This document shows positions 19,730 through 29,676 of a DNA stretch of 64,000 nucleotides, piece after piece. Numbering within the stretch: position 1 is the stretch's first letter; each line of letters begins with the position of its first letter. Below the pieces are notes generated by a model, which was not told where the DNA came from, ran no database searches, and worked only from the letters and a program-made list of their open reading frames with translations. Both the position numbers and the translations under genes were made by a program. The DNA is from an uncultured Verrucomicrobiae bacterium (lineage in GTDB: Bacteria; Verrucomicrobiota; Verrucomicrobiia; Chthoniobacterales; Chthoniobacteraceae), in assembly GCA_963836755.1 (NCBI GenBank), contig CAWIKF010000002.1, positions 960,001 to 1,024,000 of the forward strand. The letters run 5' to 3'.

Positions 19730-19966
19730 TTATTCTTCGATTTCGTGGAGCGCGAGCCAGAGCCCGAACGCCACTTCGGCGATCGCGCAAACCCGCGTCG
19801 CCTCGCGGTGCTCGGCAAAAAATTTCACAATTTCGCGATGGAATTTCGGGCCGACATTCCAAAAGCGCGCGTAACGCGTCGGCCGCAGCAGGCCGACAAC
19901 TCCTTCGCCGATCAGGAAAAGCGCGAGGATTTCCAAGCCGCGACTGGTGATGGTGTGTGTTTTCAT
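19730..19966 (-). CDS. Small two-TM membrane protein
   Basis: Two hydrophobic segments; 4-bp overlap with the upstream gene. Confidence 0.7.
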   Translation of the reverse strand: MKTHTITSRGLEILALFLIGEGVVGLLRPTRYARFWNVGPKFHREIVKFFAEHREATRVCAIAEVAFGLWLALHEIEE

Positions 19967-21114
19967 ATTTTGATGCGATAACGCTCGGCGTCGGCGCGTT
20001 TGAATTCGATGCCGAGTCCGGGACGCGACGGATCGGGATACATCGCGCCGCTGCGCGGCTCGAGGAAGCCGTCAAAAAACATTCGCTCGATGCGCGCGTG
20101 ATCGTGAAAAAATTCCCCGTGCCGCAGATTCGGAGCTGCGCAACCGACGTGCGCCGTTTGTGTCGGCGCGCAATGCGCAGAGACGGGAATTTCAAATGCG
20201 TCACACACCGCGCTCGCCGCGAGAAATCCGGTGATGCCGCCGCAGCGCGTCGTGTCGGGCATTGCCACATCCACTGCGCCGGCTTCGAGCATCGCGCGAA
20301 AATACGCGGGCTCGTAGCCATATTCGCCATCGGCCACATCCATCGCCGCCGGGCCGCGTTCGCGCAGCCAGCGCATGCCCGCGCGATCCTCGGACGCGAG
20401 CGGTTGCTCCATCCAGATCGCGTCAAAATCTTCCGCGAAAATTTCCATGAAATGCAGCGCCTGCTTCCGGTCGTAAGCGCTGTTCGCATCGACAAAAAGT
20501 TCGGTCTCCGCACCGATCGCTTCGCGCGCCGCGCGGACGCGCTCGATGTCGCGCGCGGGCTCGCGTCCGACTTTCATTTTCACGCGCGGAATTCCCTCTT
20601 CGACCCAGCCGCTCAATTGCTCGCGAAGTTTTTCATCCGAATAACTTGTGAAACCGCCGCTGCCGTAAATCGGATATTCATCGCGCACCGCGCCGAGCAA
20701 TTTGAAAAGCGGCATGTCGAGCAACTTTGCCTTCAAATCCCACAGCGCGTTATCGACCGCCGAAATCGCCATCGCGCAAATTCCCGCGCGGCCGAGATTG
20801 CGCACTTCACGCACCATCGCCGAGTGCAAGCGCGCAATGTCGAGCGCGTCGGAATTTTTCACCAAGGGCGCGAGGATGCTCGTGATCACGCCCGCTGTCG
20901 CCGCATCGGCGTAGCTGTAGCCGATGCCAGTTTTTCCCGCGGTGGAAATTTCCACCAGCACCATCGTCGTCTTGTCCCACGCGACGGTGCCATCCGACTC
21001 CGGCTGATCCGTTGGGACCGTGTATCCCGAAACGTCCACTCGTTTGATTCTGGCCGAACGTCTCGCTTGATTCTGCCGCTCGTCGCCTACAGTGACGTGC
21101 GGAGAAGCGCTCAT
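19963..21114 (-). CDS. Mandelate racemase/muconate lactonizing enzyme (enolase superfamily) protein
   Basis: AISAVDNALWDLKAK, KMKVG, VDAN, EQP, DGE; ATG 21114 overlaps the upstream stop. Confidence 0.9.
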   Translation of the reverse strand: MSASPHVTVGDERQNQARRSARIKRVDVSGYTVPTDQPESDGTVAWDKTTMVLVEISTAGKTGIGYSYADAATAGVITSILAPLVKNSDALDIARLHSAMVREVRNLGRAGICAMAISAVDNALWDLKAKLLDMPLFKLLGAVRDEYPIYGSGGFTSYSDEKLREQLSGWVEEGIPRVKMKVGREPARDIERVRAAREAIGAETELFVDANSAYDRKQALHFMEIFAEDFDAIWMEQPLASEDRAGMRWLRERGPAAMDVADGEYGYEPAYFRAMLEAGAVDVAMPDTTRCGGITGFLAASAVCDAFEIPVSAHCAPTQTAHVGCAAPNLRHGEFFHDHARIERMFFDGFLEPRSGAMYPDPSRPGLGIEFKRADAERYRIKI

Positions 21115-22899
21115 TTCGAATGCGGCAAAAAGCTTTGCAGCAGATCTTTCATCGAGCCGCGCAACATCGCCGCCGAATCCGGATCGGACATCAACGCAAT
21201 GTTGAAATTCGCAGCCTGCTTCAACGTGATATGTGGCGGCAGCGTTGGCACTTCCGGATCGGTCATCGCTTCGACCACGACCGGTCGCCGCGCCGCCAAA
21301 GCCTGTTCCCATGCGGGCGCGACCTCTTCGGGCTTTTCAACTTTGATGCCGATAAGCCCCAGCGATTCCGCATAGCGAGCGAACGGAAAATCGGGCACGA
21401 CTTGCGATGTCTCGTATTTCGGATCGCCCGACATCACGCGCTGCTCCCACGTCACTTGATTGAGATCGTGGTTCGCGAGCACGAGCACGATGAGCTGCGG
21501 ATTGCTCCATTCTTTCCAATAATGCGCGATCGTGATGAGGCAGTTGATGCCGTTCATCAACATCGCCCCATCGCCGACCAACGCGATCACCGGCCGATCG
21601 GGAAAAGCAAACTTTGCTCCCACCGAATACGGGACGCCCGGTCCCATCGTCGCGAGATTTCCCGAGAGCGACGCCATCATGCCGCGCCGCACCTTCAGGT
21701 CGCGCGCGAACCAATTCGCCGCCGAGCCGGAGTCGCTCGTGAGAATGCAGCGGTCGGGCAACCGCGGTGAAAGCTCCCAAAAAACGTATTGGGGATTGAT
21801 CGGATTCGCCGACTGCTTCGCACGCGCCTCGAGCACTTCCCACCAGTCTTTGATGTTCGCCTCGATCGACTTTCGCCACGTGCGGTCTTCCTTTCGCTGG
21901 AGCATCGGGATGAGGGCGCGCAACGTTTCGACGCTGTCGCCGACAAGGTTGATTTCCATCGGGTAACGGATGCCGATCATTTTTCCGTCGATGTCGATTT
22001 GCACGCCGCGAGCCTGACCTTCTTTCGGCAAAAACTCCGAATACGGAAAGCTCGATCCGACCATCAACAATGTGTCGCACTCCGTCATCATGTCATAGCT
22101 CGGTTTGCTGCCGAGCAATCCCGATGGGACCGGTGCAGCCCGGCGCTTCGTCCGGCACGGCCGCTTTGCCGAGCAATGCTTTCGCGATGCCCGCGCCGAG
22201 CAGTTCAGCGACTTGCATCACCTCGTCAGTCGCGCTGAGTGCGCCCGCGCCGACGAGCATCGCCACTTTTTTTCCTGCGTTCAAAATGTCTGCGGCTTTG
22301 CGCAAATCACTCTCGGTCGGGACAACGCGCGGCGTGCAAATGCCGACGCCCGAATGCACCGTGCCGTGCGCGCGCGGCGGTTCCACGACCGCAGGCATTT
22401 CCTGAATATCGTTTGGAATGATGAGGCAGGTCACCGTGCGTTCGACCTTCGCGATGCGGATTGCGCGATCGACGAGATGCCGGATCTGCACCGGCGACGA
22501 CGCCATGTGAACGTAATCGCCGGCGACATCTTTGAAGAGTGAAACGAGATCGACCTCCTGCTGATAATTGCCGCCGAGTGCCGCGCGCGCTTGCTGGCCG
22601 ACGATCGCGACCACCGGCTGGTGATCCATTTTTGCGTCGTAAAGTCCGTTCAGCAGATGAATCGCGCCGGGCCCGCTGGTCGCGAGACAGACGCCGACTT
22701 CGCCGGTGAACTTTGCGTGCGCGCATGCCATGAACGCCGACAGTTCCTCGTGGCGCACTTGCACATATTCGATTTTGTCACCCGCGCGATCGATCGCGCC
22801 GATGATGCCGTTGATGCCATCTCCGGGAAAGCCGAAGATCCGTTTGATGCCCCATTCATTGATGCGACGGAGCAAAAAGTCGCTTGTAGTTTCGCTCAT
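21111..22899 (-). pseudogene. ThDP-dependent pyruvate oxidase/PoxB-like enzyme, frameshifted near 22120
   Basis: N-half FGFPGDGIN, VRHEE, TSGPGAIHL; C-half GDGA...NH; removing one G from ATC GGG A TTG restores ...IGLLGSKPS. Confidence 0.85.
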
Positions 22900-23219
22900 A
22901 AAAAACGTCGTCCTGCGACGGGAAGGCCACAAAGTATCGCGGACGGTCGCGCGATCGGGCGCATTCGTTTAGTCCCTAGATCGGCATCAGCCTTTTCCCG
23001 TGTGGCAGAAAAAACGCGCGAGAAAATCTTGTGAACGAAAACAAAGTTGTCGGGTCGTGAAGCTGCGCAGCGAGAGGCGCGGTTGCCTTTCTGCTGTCCG
23101 CGCATATCGTGCCTTCCAGTGATCTCCCGCTTCCGATTTCCCGTCTGCGCGGTGTTTGGAATCGTGGGCGGATTTTTTCAAATCGCACGTTCGCGAGGAC
23201 AAAATGCGGGCACGGTTTT

Positions 23220-26200
23220 ATGAATATTTCCGAGCCGTTCATCCGTCGGCCGGTGGGAACTTTGTTGCTCTCCGCGGGTTTGTTTTTGCTCGGCTGCGTC
23301 GCGTATTATTTCTTGCCGGTCGCGCCGCTGCCGCACGTCGATTTTCCGATGGTCTCAGTGAATGCGTCGCTGCCTGGCGCGGATCCGGAAACCGTCGCGT
23401 CGTCACTCGCTGCGCCGCTGGAGCGGCGGATCAGCCAGATCTCCGGCGTGTCGGAATTGACTTCCGTGAGCTCGCTCGGCGGCTGCTCTATCAACGTCCA
23501 GTTTGATTTGAACCGAGACGTGAACGGCGCGGCGCGCGATGTGCAGGCTGCGATCAACGCGGCCGCGAGTGAGCTGCCGATCAATCTTCCCGCGCCGCCG
23601 ACTTATCGCAAAGTGAATCCGGCGGATGCGCCGATCATGGTGCTCGCGATGACGAGCGACACGCGTGCGCCGACGGAAGTTTTTCAATATGCGGATGAGA
23701 TCATCGGACAGCGCTTGAGCCAGGTCGAGGGCGTGAGCCAGGTCATCATCAACGGCGCGGAAAAATCCGCGGTGCGTGTGCAGATGAATCCCGCGGCGCT
23801 CGCTTCGGCCAATCTCAGCCTCGAAGATGTGCGCACTTTTTTGAGCCAGGTGAATGTCGATTTGCCGAAAGGCAGCGTCGATGGCGACCAGGCCAGTTAC
23901 GCGATCTACTCGAACGATCAGCTCAGCAGCGCCGCGCAATATCAGCATCTAATCTTGGCGCAAAAAAAAGGGACGCCAATGATGCTGAGCTCGTTCGGCC
24001 ACATCATCGAGGGCGTGGAGAATACGCGACTGGCCGGCTGGGCTGGGACGAAGCCGGCGGTGCTGCTGATCGTGTTTAAACAACCAAATGCGAATGTCAT
24101 CGCCACGGTCGATCGCATCCGCGCGGCGCTCCCGCAGACGGAAAAATGGTTGCCGCCCAGCGTCAAAGTTTCGCTCATCAGCGACCGCACAATCACGATC
24201 CGCTCGTCGGTTGAAGAAGTGCAATTTTCGCTGCTGCTCTCCATCGCGCTGGTCGTGATGGTGATCTTCCTTTTTTTGCGCCGCTTCTGGCCGACTTTGA
24301 TCGCGAGCGTGACGGTGCCGCTCTCGCTCGCCGGGACATTCGGCGTGATGTATCTGTGCGGCTACACCCTCGATAATCTTTCGCTGATGGCGGTGACGAT
24401 TTCCGTCGGCTTCGTCGTGGATGACGCGATTGTCGTAATCGAAAACGTTTTTCGCTTCGTTGAACAAGGTGATACGTCGATGGAAGCCGCGTTGAAAGGT
24501 GCGCGGCAGATCGGTTTTACGATCGTCTCAATCAGTCTGTCGCTCGTCGCGGTCTTCATCCCGCTGCTCTTGATGGGCGGATTGATCGGCCGGCTTTTTC
24601 ACGAATTTGCCGTGACGCTGAGCGCCGCGATTCTCGTCTCCGGCGTGATCTCGCTCACGCTCACGCCGATGATGTGCTCGCACTTTTTGAAACCGGAAAA
24701 AGCGCACGCGCGCAAAAAACAAGGGATCGTGCAGCGGCTGAGCGAGCGGGGATTTGACTGGCTGCTCGGCCATTATGAAACGTGCTTGAGATGGGTGCTG
24801 CGGCACCAGGCGTTCATGCTGCTGGTCGCGCTGCTCACGCTGTTCGCGACGCTCTGGATGTATCGCGTGGTGCCGAAAGGATTTTTTCCGCAGCAGGACA
24901 CGGGAATGATGATGGGGATCACCGAGGCGTCGCAGGATATTTCATTTGCCGCGATGGAAAAACTGCAGAGCGAGGTCGCGCAAATCGTGCTGTCGGATCC
25001 GGCGGTGCAGACGCTCGGCTCGTTCATCGGAAGCGGCAACGGAAGCTCGACCGTGAACAACGGCCGGATGTTCATTTCGCTAAAGCCTTTGTCTGAGCGG
25101 GATGTAAAAGCCGACGAAGTGATCGCGCGGCTTCGGCGCAAACTCGCGCACGTGCAGGGCATTAGCCTTTTTCTGCAAGCGATGCAGGACATCCGTGTCG
25201 GCGGGCGCATGAGCAAAGCGCAGTTCCAATACGCGCTGCAAAGTGGAAATCTCGACGAGCTGAATCAATGGACGCCGAAGCTCGTGGATCGGCTGCGGCA
25301 AATTCCGCAGCTCAAGGATGTGACGAGCGACCAGCAGACAAGCGGATTGCAGACGAACGTGGTCGTTGATCGCGACGCCGCAGCGCGGCTCGGCCTTTCA
25401 CCGACGGATGTGGACAACACGATTTACGACGCCTTTGGACAGCGCCAGGTCTCGACGATTTACGAGCGCTACAATCAGCACCACGTGATCCTCGAGGTCG
25501 ATCCGGCGTATCAGCGGACGCCGTCGTCGCTGGAGAAAATTTTTGTTCGCACGAGCAATAACACGCAAGTGCCGCTCGCGGCGGTCGCGCATTTTCAAAC
25601 GTCAAATGCATTTCTTTCCGTGAACCACCAGGGACAATTTCCGGCGGTCACCGTTTCCTTTAATCTGGCACCCGGCGTTTCGCTTGGCGAAGCCACCGCT
25701 CTCGTCGAAGAGGCAAAGCGTGAAATCCACATGCCGGGCGAGATCCTCGGCAGCTTCCAAGGGACCGCGCAGGTTTTCCAGTCGTCGCTCGCGAGCACGC
25801 CGCTGCTCATCATCGCCGCGCTGGTCACCGTCTACGTCGTGCTCGGGATGCTTTACGAAAGCCTCATCCATCCGATCACGATTCTCTCCACGCTGCCCAG
25901 CGCCGGCCTCGGCGCACTGCTCGCGCTGATGCTTTGCGGCACAGATTTGTCGCTCGTCTCATTCATCGGAATCATTCTGCTCATGGGCATCGTGAAGAAG
26001 AACGCGATCATGATGATCGACTTCGCGCTCGAGGCGGAGCGGATCGAAAAGCTGACTCCAGAGGAGGCGATCTACAAAGCGTGCGTCATCCGTTTTCGCC
26101 CGATCATGATGACCACACTCGCTGCTATGTTTGGTGCGATCCCGCTGGCGCTCGGTCTTGGCGCCGGTGCGGAATTGCGCCAGCCGCTCGGCATCGCCGT

Positions 26201-26339
26201 CGTCGGCGGACTCGTTGTTTCACAAGTTCTCACACTTTTTACAACGCCGGTGATCTATCTTGCCTTTGAACATCTGCACGTGAAGTTCAGGACAGTTTTC
26301 CCCTCTCTCGCGAAAAATCCGCGCCCTGTTTTCGCGTAG
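23220..26339 (+). CDS. RND efflux permease, MdtB/MdtC type
   Basis: MNISEPFIRRPV, GFVVDDAIVV, GIVKKNAIMMIDFA, RFRPIMMTT; start set to ATG 23220. Confidence 0.93.
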   Translation: MNISEPFIRRPVGTLLLSAGLFLLGCVAYYFLPVAPLPHVDFPMVSVNASLPGADPETVASSLAAPLERRISQISGVSELTSVSSLGGCSINVQFDLNRDVNGAARDVQAAINAAASELPINLPAPPTYRKVNPADAPIMVLAMTSDTRAPTEVFQYADEIIGQRLSQVEGVSQVIINGAEKSAVRVQMNPAALASANLSLEDVRTFLSQVNVDLPKGSVDGDQASYAIYSNDQLSSAAQYQHLILAQKKGTPMMLSSFGHIIEGVENTRLAGWAGTKPAVLLIVFKQPNANVIATVDRIRAALPQTEKWLPPSVKVSLISDRTITIRSSVEEVQFSLLLSIALVVMVIFLFLRRFWPTLIASVTVPLSLAGTFGVMYLCGYTLDNLSLMAVTISVGFVVDDAIVVIENVFRFVEQGDTSMEAALKGARQIGFTIVSISLSLVAVFIPLLLMGGLIGRLFHEFAVTLSAAILVSGVISLTLTPMMCSHFLKPEKAHARKKQGIVQRLSERGFDWLLGHYETCLRWVLRHQAFMLLVALLTLFATLWMYRVVPKGFFPQQDTGMMMGITEASQDISFAAMEKLQSEVAQIVLSDPAVQTLGSFIGSGNGSSTVNNGRMFISLKPLSERDVKADEVIARLRRKLAHVQGISLFLQAMQDIRVGGRMSKAQFQYALQSGNLDELNQWTPKLVDRLRQIPQLKDVTSDQQTSGLQTNVVVDRDAAARLGLSPTDVDNTIYDAFGQRQVSTIYERYNQHHVILEVDPAYQRTPSSLEKIFVRTSNNTQVPLAAVAHFQTSNAFLSVNHQGQFPAVTVSFNLAPGVSLGEATALVEEAKREIHMPGEILGSFQGTAQVFQSSLASTPLLIIAALVTVYVVLGMLYESLIHPITILSTLPSAGLGALLALMLCGTDLSLVSFIGIILLMGIVKKNAIMMIDFALEAERIEKLTPEEAIYKACVIRFRPIMMTTLAAMFGAIPLALGLGAGAELRQPLGIAVVGGLVVSQVLTLFTTPVIYLAFEHLHVKFRTVFPSLAKNPRPVFA

Positions 26340-26347
26340 CTCCTTGG

Positions 26348-27370
26348 TTACCGCTGCACGCGGCCCGATGCGTCACCTGCGACCAAAGTTTCGACTTCCT
26401 TGAGACTCACGAGATTGTAGTCGCCAGAGATCGAGTGCTTCAGACAGCTGGCGGCTGCTGCAAATTCCACAGCGGCCTGTGCATCCCCGCCAGTCGCCAA
26501 GCCATAAATCAATCCAGCCGCAAAGGAATCTCCTCCGCCGACGCGATCGATGATTTGAATGTCGTAACGCCGACTAAAGTGCGCCGCGCCATTGGTGAAA
26601 AAGAGAGCCGACCAACCATTGCGAGAAGCCGAATAACTTTCACGTAAAGTAATCGCGACACCCTTGAACCCAAACCGCTCGGTAAGTTTTTGCGCAACTT
26701 CGATGTAGCGTTCCTTGTCAATCTCGCCTGCTTCCACGTGAGCGCCCGCGGCCTTGATTCCGAAAACCTTTTCCGCGTCCTCTTCGTTGGCGATGCAGTA
26801 ATCCACATTCGGCGCGATCTTGCTCATGACCGCGTTCGCTTTTTCAGAGGACCAAAGCTTTTTGCGAAAGTTCAAATCGCAACTGACATTCAATCCCATC
26901 TCACGCGCCTTTGCTGCAGCTTCGAGAGTCGCGTCGGCAGCCGAATCCGACAGCGCAGGAGTGATGCCAGTGAAATGAAACCAGCCGGCATCGGTGAAAA
27001 CTTCGCTCCAGGGAACTTCGCCTGGTTTGATCTGCGAGATCGCGCTGTGGGCGCGGTCGTAAAGGACATTGGAAGCGCGTTGCGACGCGCCCGACTCTAA
27101 AAAGTAGATGCCAATCCGGTCACCGCCACGAAGGATTTTCGAGGTATCCACGCCTAACCCACGAAGACCATTGATGGCATCCTGACCAAGTTCATTCTTT
27201 GGAAGCCGAGTTACAAATCTTGCCGGCAGCCCGAACTGTGAAAGAGAAACAGCGACGTTTGCCTCGCCACCTCCATAGGTCTTTTCAAGGAAGGGAGCTT
27301 GCGCGAAACGAAGTTGCCGCGGAGTAGCAAGCCGGAGCATGACTTCGCCAAAGGTGACAATAGTTTTCAT
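26348..27370 (-). CDS. kdgK: 2-dehydro-3-deoxygluconokinase (PfkB family)
   Basis: FGEVMLRL, GGGEANVA, DLNFRKKLW, DRVGGGDSF; adjacent to eda. Confidence 0.85.
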   Translation of the reverse strand: MKTIVTFGEVMLRLATPRQLRFAQAPFLEKTYGGGEANVAVSLSQFGLPARFVTRLPKNELGQDAINGLRGLGVDTSKILRGGDRIGIYFLESGASQRASNVLYDRAHSAISQIKPGEVPWSEVFTDAGWFHFTGITPALSDSAADATLEAAAKAREMGLNVSCDLNFRKKLWSSEKANAVMSKIAPNVDYCIANEEDAEKVFGIKAAGAHVEAGEIDKERYIEVAQKLTERFGFKGVAITLRESYSASRNGWSALFFTNGAAHFSRRYDIQIIDRVGGGDSFAAGLIYGLATGGDAQAAVEFAAAASCLKHSISGDYNLVSLKEVETLVAGDASGRVQR

Positions 27371-27382
27371 GAGATTTGAGAG

Positions 27383-28054
27383 TTAGTTCCGCGTGGTATT
27401 GCGAGTTGCGCGAATAGTTTGCACAGCTTCGGATGCAAGCTTCGTGATCTTTGACCAGTCCTTCTTCTGAATAAGCTCTCGCGGCGCAAGCCATGAACCG
27501 CCCAGCGCGCTGATCAAAGGATCGGCTAGATACGAACCCATGTTGCCTGCATTGATTCCGCCCAGCGGGACAAATTTGACGCCAAGGTGCAGATACGGCG
27601 CCGCAGCAGCTTTGAGATAAGACAAGCCTCCGCTCGGCTCAGCAGGAAAAAACTTGAGCAGCTTGCAGCCATGTTCCAACGCAACTTCCATGTCCGTGGG
27701 AGTGACCACGCCTGGACCAAACGATAGCCCGGCTTCGCGCGCTGCAGCCAGGATGCGCGGATTAACTCCGGGCGAGACGCCGAAGGCCGCTCCGGCCTCA
27801 ATCGCTTGTTTGAGTTGATCAATGGTAAGTATTGTTCCTACTCCCGCAATCATGTCGGGAACTTCAGAGCGGATGCGCATGAGCGCACCGAGTGCAGCTT
27901 CGGTGCGCAGCGTGAGTTCCATGATGTTGACACCTCCAGCCAGCAATGCTCTCGCAAGCGGCACGGAGTCCTCTTCGTTGTCGATGATCAGCACGGCGAT
28001 GATGCCGCATGCCTCGATGCGCGCGGAGAGATTGGGATCGAAAGCAGGAGTCAT
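27383..28054 (-). CDS. eda: KHG/KDPG aldolase
   Basis: ELTLRT, GVGT, VSPG, KFFPAE, PLGGI; start set to ATG 28054. Confidence 0.92.
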   Translation of the reverse strand: MTPAFDPNLSARIEACGIIAVLIIDNEEDSVPLARALLAGGVNIMELTLRTEAALGALMRIRSEVPDMIAGVGTILTIDQLKQAIEAGAAFGVSPGVNPRILAAAREAGLSFGPGVVTPTDMEVALEHGCKLLKFFPAEPSGGLSYLKAAAAPYLHLGVKFVPLGGINAGNMGSYLADPLISALGGSWLAPRELIQKKDWSKITKLASEAVQTIRATRNTTRN

Positions 28055-28055
28055 G

Positions 28056-29207
28056 TCAGGCTGCAAGCGGGGGAAGGTCGAGCCAGCGCCGTTCTTCGCT
28101 GCTTTTCAAGCCGTATTCAGCGAGCTGCACTCCTTTAGCGCCTTCGAGTAAACTCCATCGAAACGGAGTATCGAGCACCACATGCTTCAAGAACAACTCC
28201 CACTGAATCTTAAAGGCATTGTCATAATGTTCCTGCTCCGGAAGTTTCGACCAGCCCTCGTAGAAGTTGATCGGCTGAGGCACGTCCGGATTCCAAGTAG
28301 GCCTCGGAGTATTTCCATAATGCTGAATCCAGACATCTCGCAGCCCCACAATCGCCGAACCTTTAGTCCCATCCACTTGCAAGGTCAGCAAATCATCACG
28401 ACGCACGCGCACATTCCATGAAGAGTTAAAGTGACAGATGATTCCGTTTTCCAATTCAAAGGTGGAGTAGGCGGAGTCATCGGCCGTGCAACGATAAGGC
28501 CTGCCTTCTTCATCGATGCGCTCCGATATGTGTGTCGCAGCCAAACAGGATACTGCTTTTACCGGACCAAAAAGATTGTCCATCACATAACGCCAGTGAC
28601 AAAGCATATCGACCACCATCCCGCCGCCATCTTCACGGCGATAGTTCCAGGAAGGACGTTGCGGTGGGATCGTATGTCCTTCAAAGACCCAGTATCCAAA
28701 CTCTCCTCGAACGGAAATGATGTCGCCAAAGAACCCATTTTCCTTAAGTCGCATGAATTTCAGGATACCGGGCAACCAAAGCTTATCCTGGACAACGCCG
28801 TTCTTAACGCCGGCGTCGCGGCAGACCTGGTAAAGCTTGTAAGCATCTTCTGTGGTGATCGCCGTCGGCTTTTCGCAGTAGACATGCTTGCCTACCTTCG
28901 CGGCTTGTTGCACGGCTTCGAATCGACGCAGCGTGCTTTGCGAATCAAAGTAGATGGTGTAAGCCGGATCACTCATGACGCTATCTAGGTCCGTGGAGTA
29001 TTTCGTCACACTCGTGCGCGAGATCAGTTCCTTGAGCTTGGTTTTGTTGCGCCCGATCAAAACCGGGTCCGGCATAATGGTCTCACTCTCGCTAATCTTG
29101 ACGCCTCCCTGTTTGATGATGGCATCGATGGAGCGAAGTAGGTGCTGATTGGTGCCCATGCGCCCGGTGACACCATTCATAATCACGCCGACTGTGTGTG
29201 TTTTCAT
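28056..29207 (-). CDS. Gfo/Idh/MocA family oxidoreductase
   Basis: NGVTGRMG, KHVYCEKP, DMLCHW; start set to ATG 29207. Confidence 0.88.
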   Translation of the reverse strand: MKTHTVGVIMNGVTGRMGTNQHLLRSIDAIIKQGGVKISESETIMPDPVLIGRNKTKLKELISRTSVTKYSTDLDSVMSDPAYTIYFDSQSTLRRFEAVQQAAKVGKHVYCEKPTAITTEDAYKLYQVCRDAGVKNGVVQDKLWLPGILKFMRLKENGFFGDIISVRGEFGYWVFEGHTIPPQRPSWNYRREDGGGMVVDMLCHWRYVMDNLFGPVKAVSCLAATHISERIDEEGRPYRCTADDSAYSTFELENGIICHFNSSWNVRVRRDDLLTLQVDGTKGSAIVGLRDVWIQHYGNTPRPTWNPDVPQPINFYEGWSKLPEQEHYDNAFKIQWELFLKHVVLDTPFRWSLLEGAKGVQLAEYGLKSSEERRWLDLPPLAA

Positions 29208-29226
29208 AAGTATAGTAGGAAGATGA

Positions 29227-29673
29227 CTAGGAAGGTTTTGCCGTGCATTGTGGTTGAGCGTCCGCAGGAAGCGGAGGTGCGTCGATTCCGGCCTTGGGTA
29301 ACGTGCCGTCCAACTCCTGTCGCCAATGCGCGACATCACCTGCAGGCCCATAGCAATAAATCATGCGCAGCGGAGTATCTCCGATGTTCGTAAGCTGATG
29401 GAAAACGCCGGAGGGAATGTAGACTGCCTGACCGGTAGTCAGCGTTTGACGTTCGTCTCCGAGGCACATTTCGCCTGTGCCCTCGACTACGAAGTAGATT
29501 TCTTCCTGTTCCTGATTGTGCCATGGAACCTGGCCGCCGTTTGGGTCTAGAGTAACGTTACCCATCGAGAAGTTTTGCGCCTGAACGGGAGCTACTCCTC
29601 CAATGAGGTTCTGTGTCAGCCGGCGAGCTGGGTAGCGACGGCCTTCAAGTTTGTTGAGATCGGAAATGATCAT
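29227..29673 (-). CDS. Cupin domain protein
   Basis: PWHNQEQEEIYFVVEG and YIPSGVFHQLTN cupin motifs. Confidence 0.85.
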   Translation of the reverse strand: MIISDLNKLEGRRYPARRLTQNLIGGVAPVQAQNFSMGNVTLDPNGGQVPWHNQEQEEIYFVVEGTGEMCLGDERQTLTTGQAVYIPSGVFHQLTNIGDTPLRMIYCYGPAGDVAHWRQELDGTLPKAGIDAPPLPADAQPQCTAKPS

Positions 29674-29676
29674 AGC

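Noticed and set aside
19957..21375. Long antisense ORFs (this one, 61752-63125, 55358-56527, 44530-45726 and others)
   Set aside because: They lie opposite well-supported genes, are Arg/Ala-rich and lack motifs, as expected in high-GC DNA.
22900..23219. ncRNA or small ORF in the 320-bp divergent gap
   Set aside because: No convincing long stem, repeat or protein-like ORF was found by eye.
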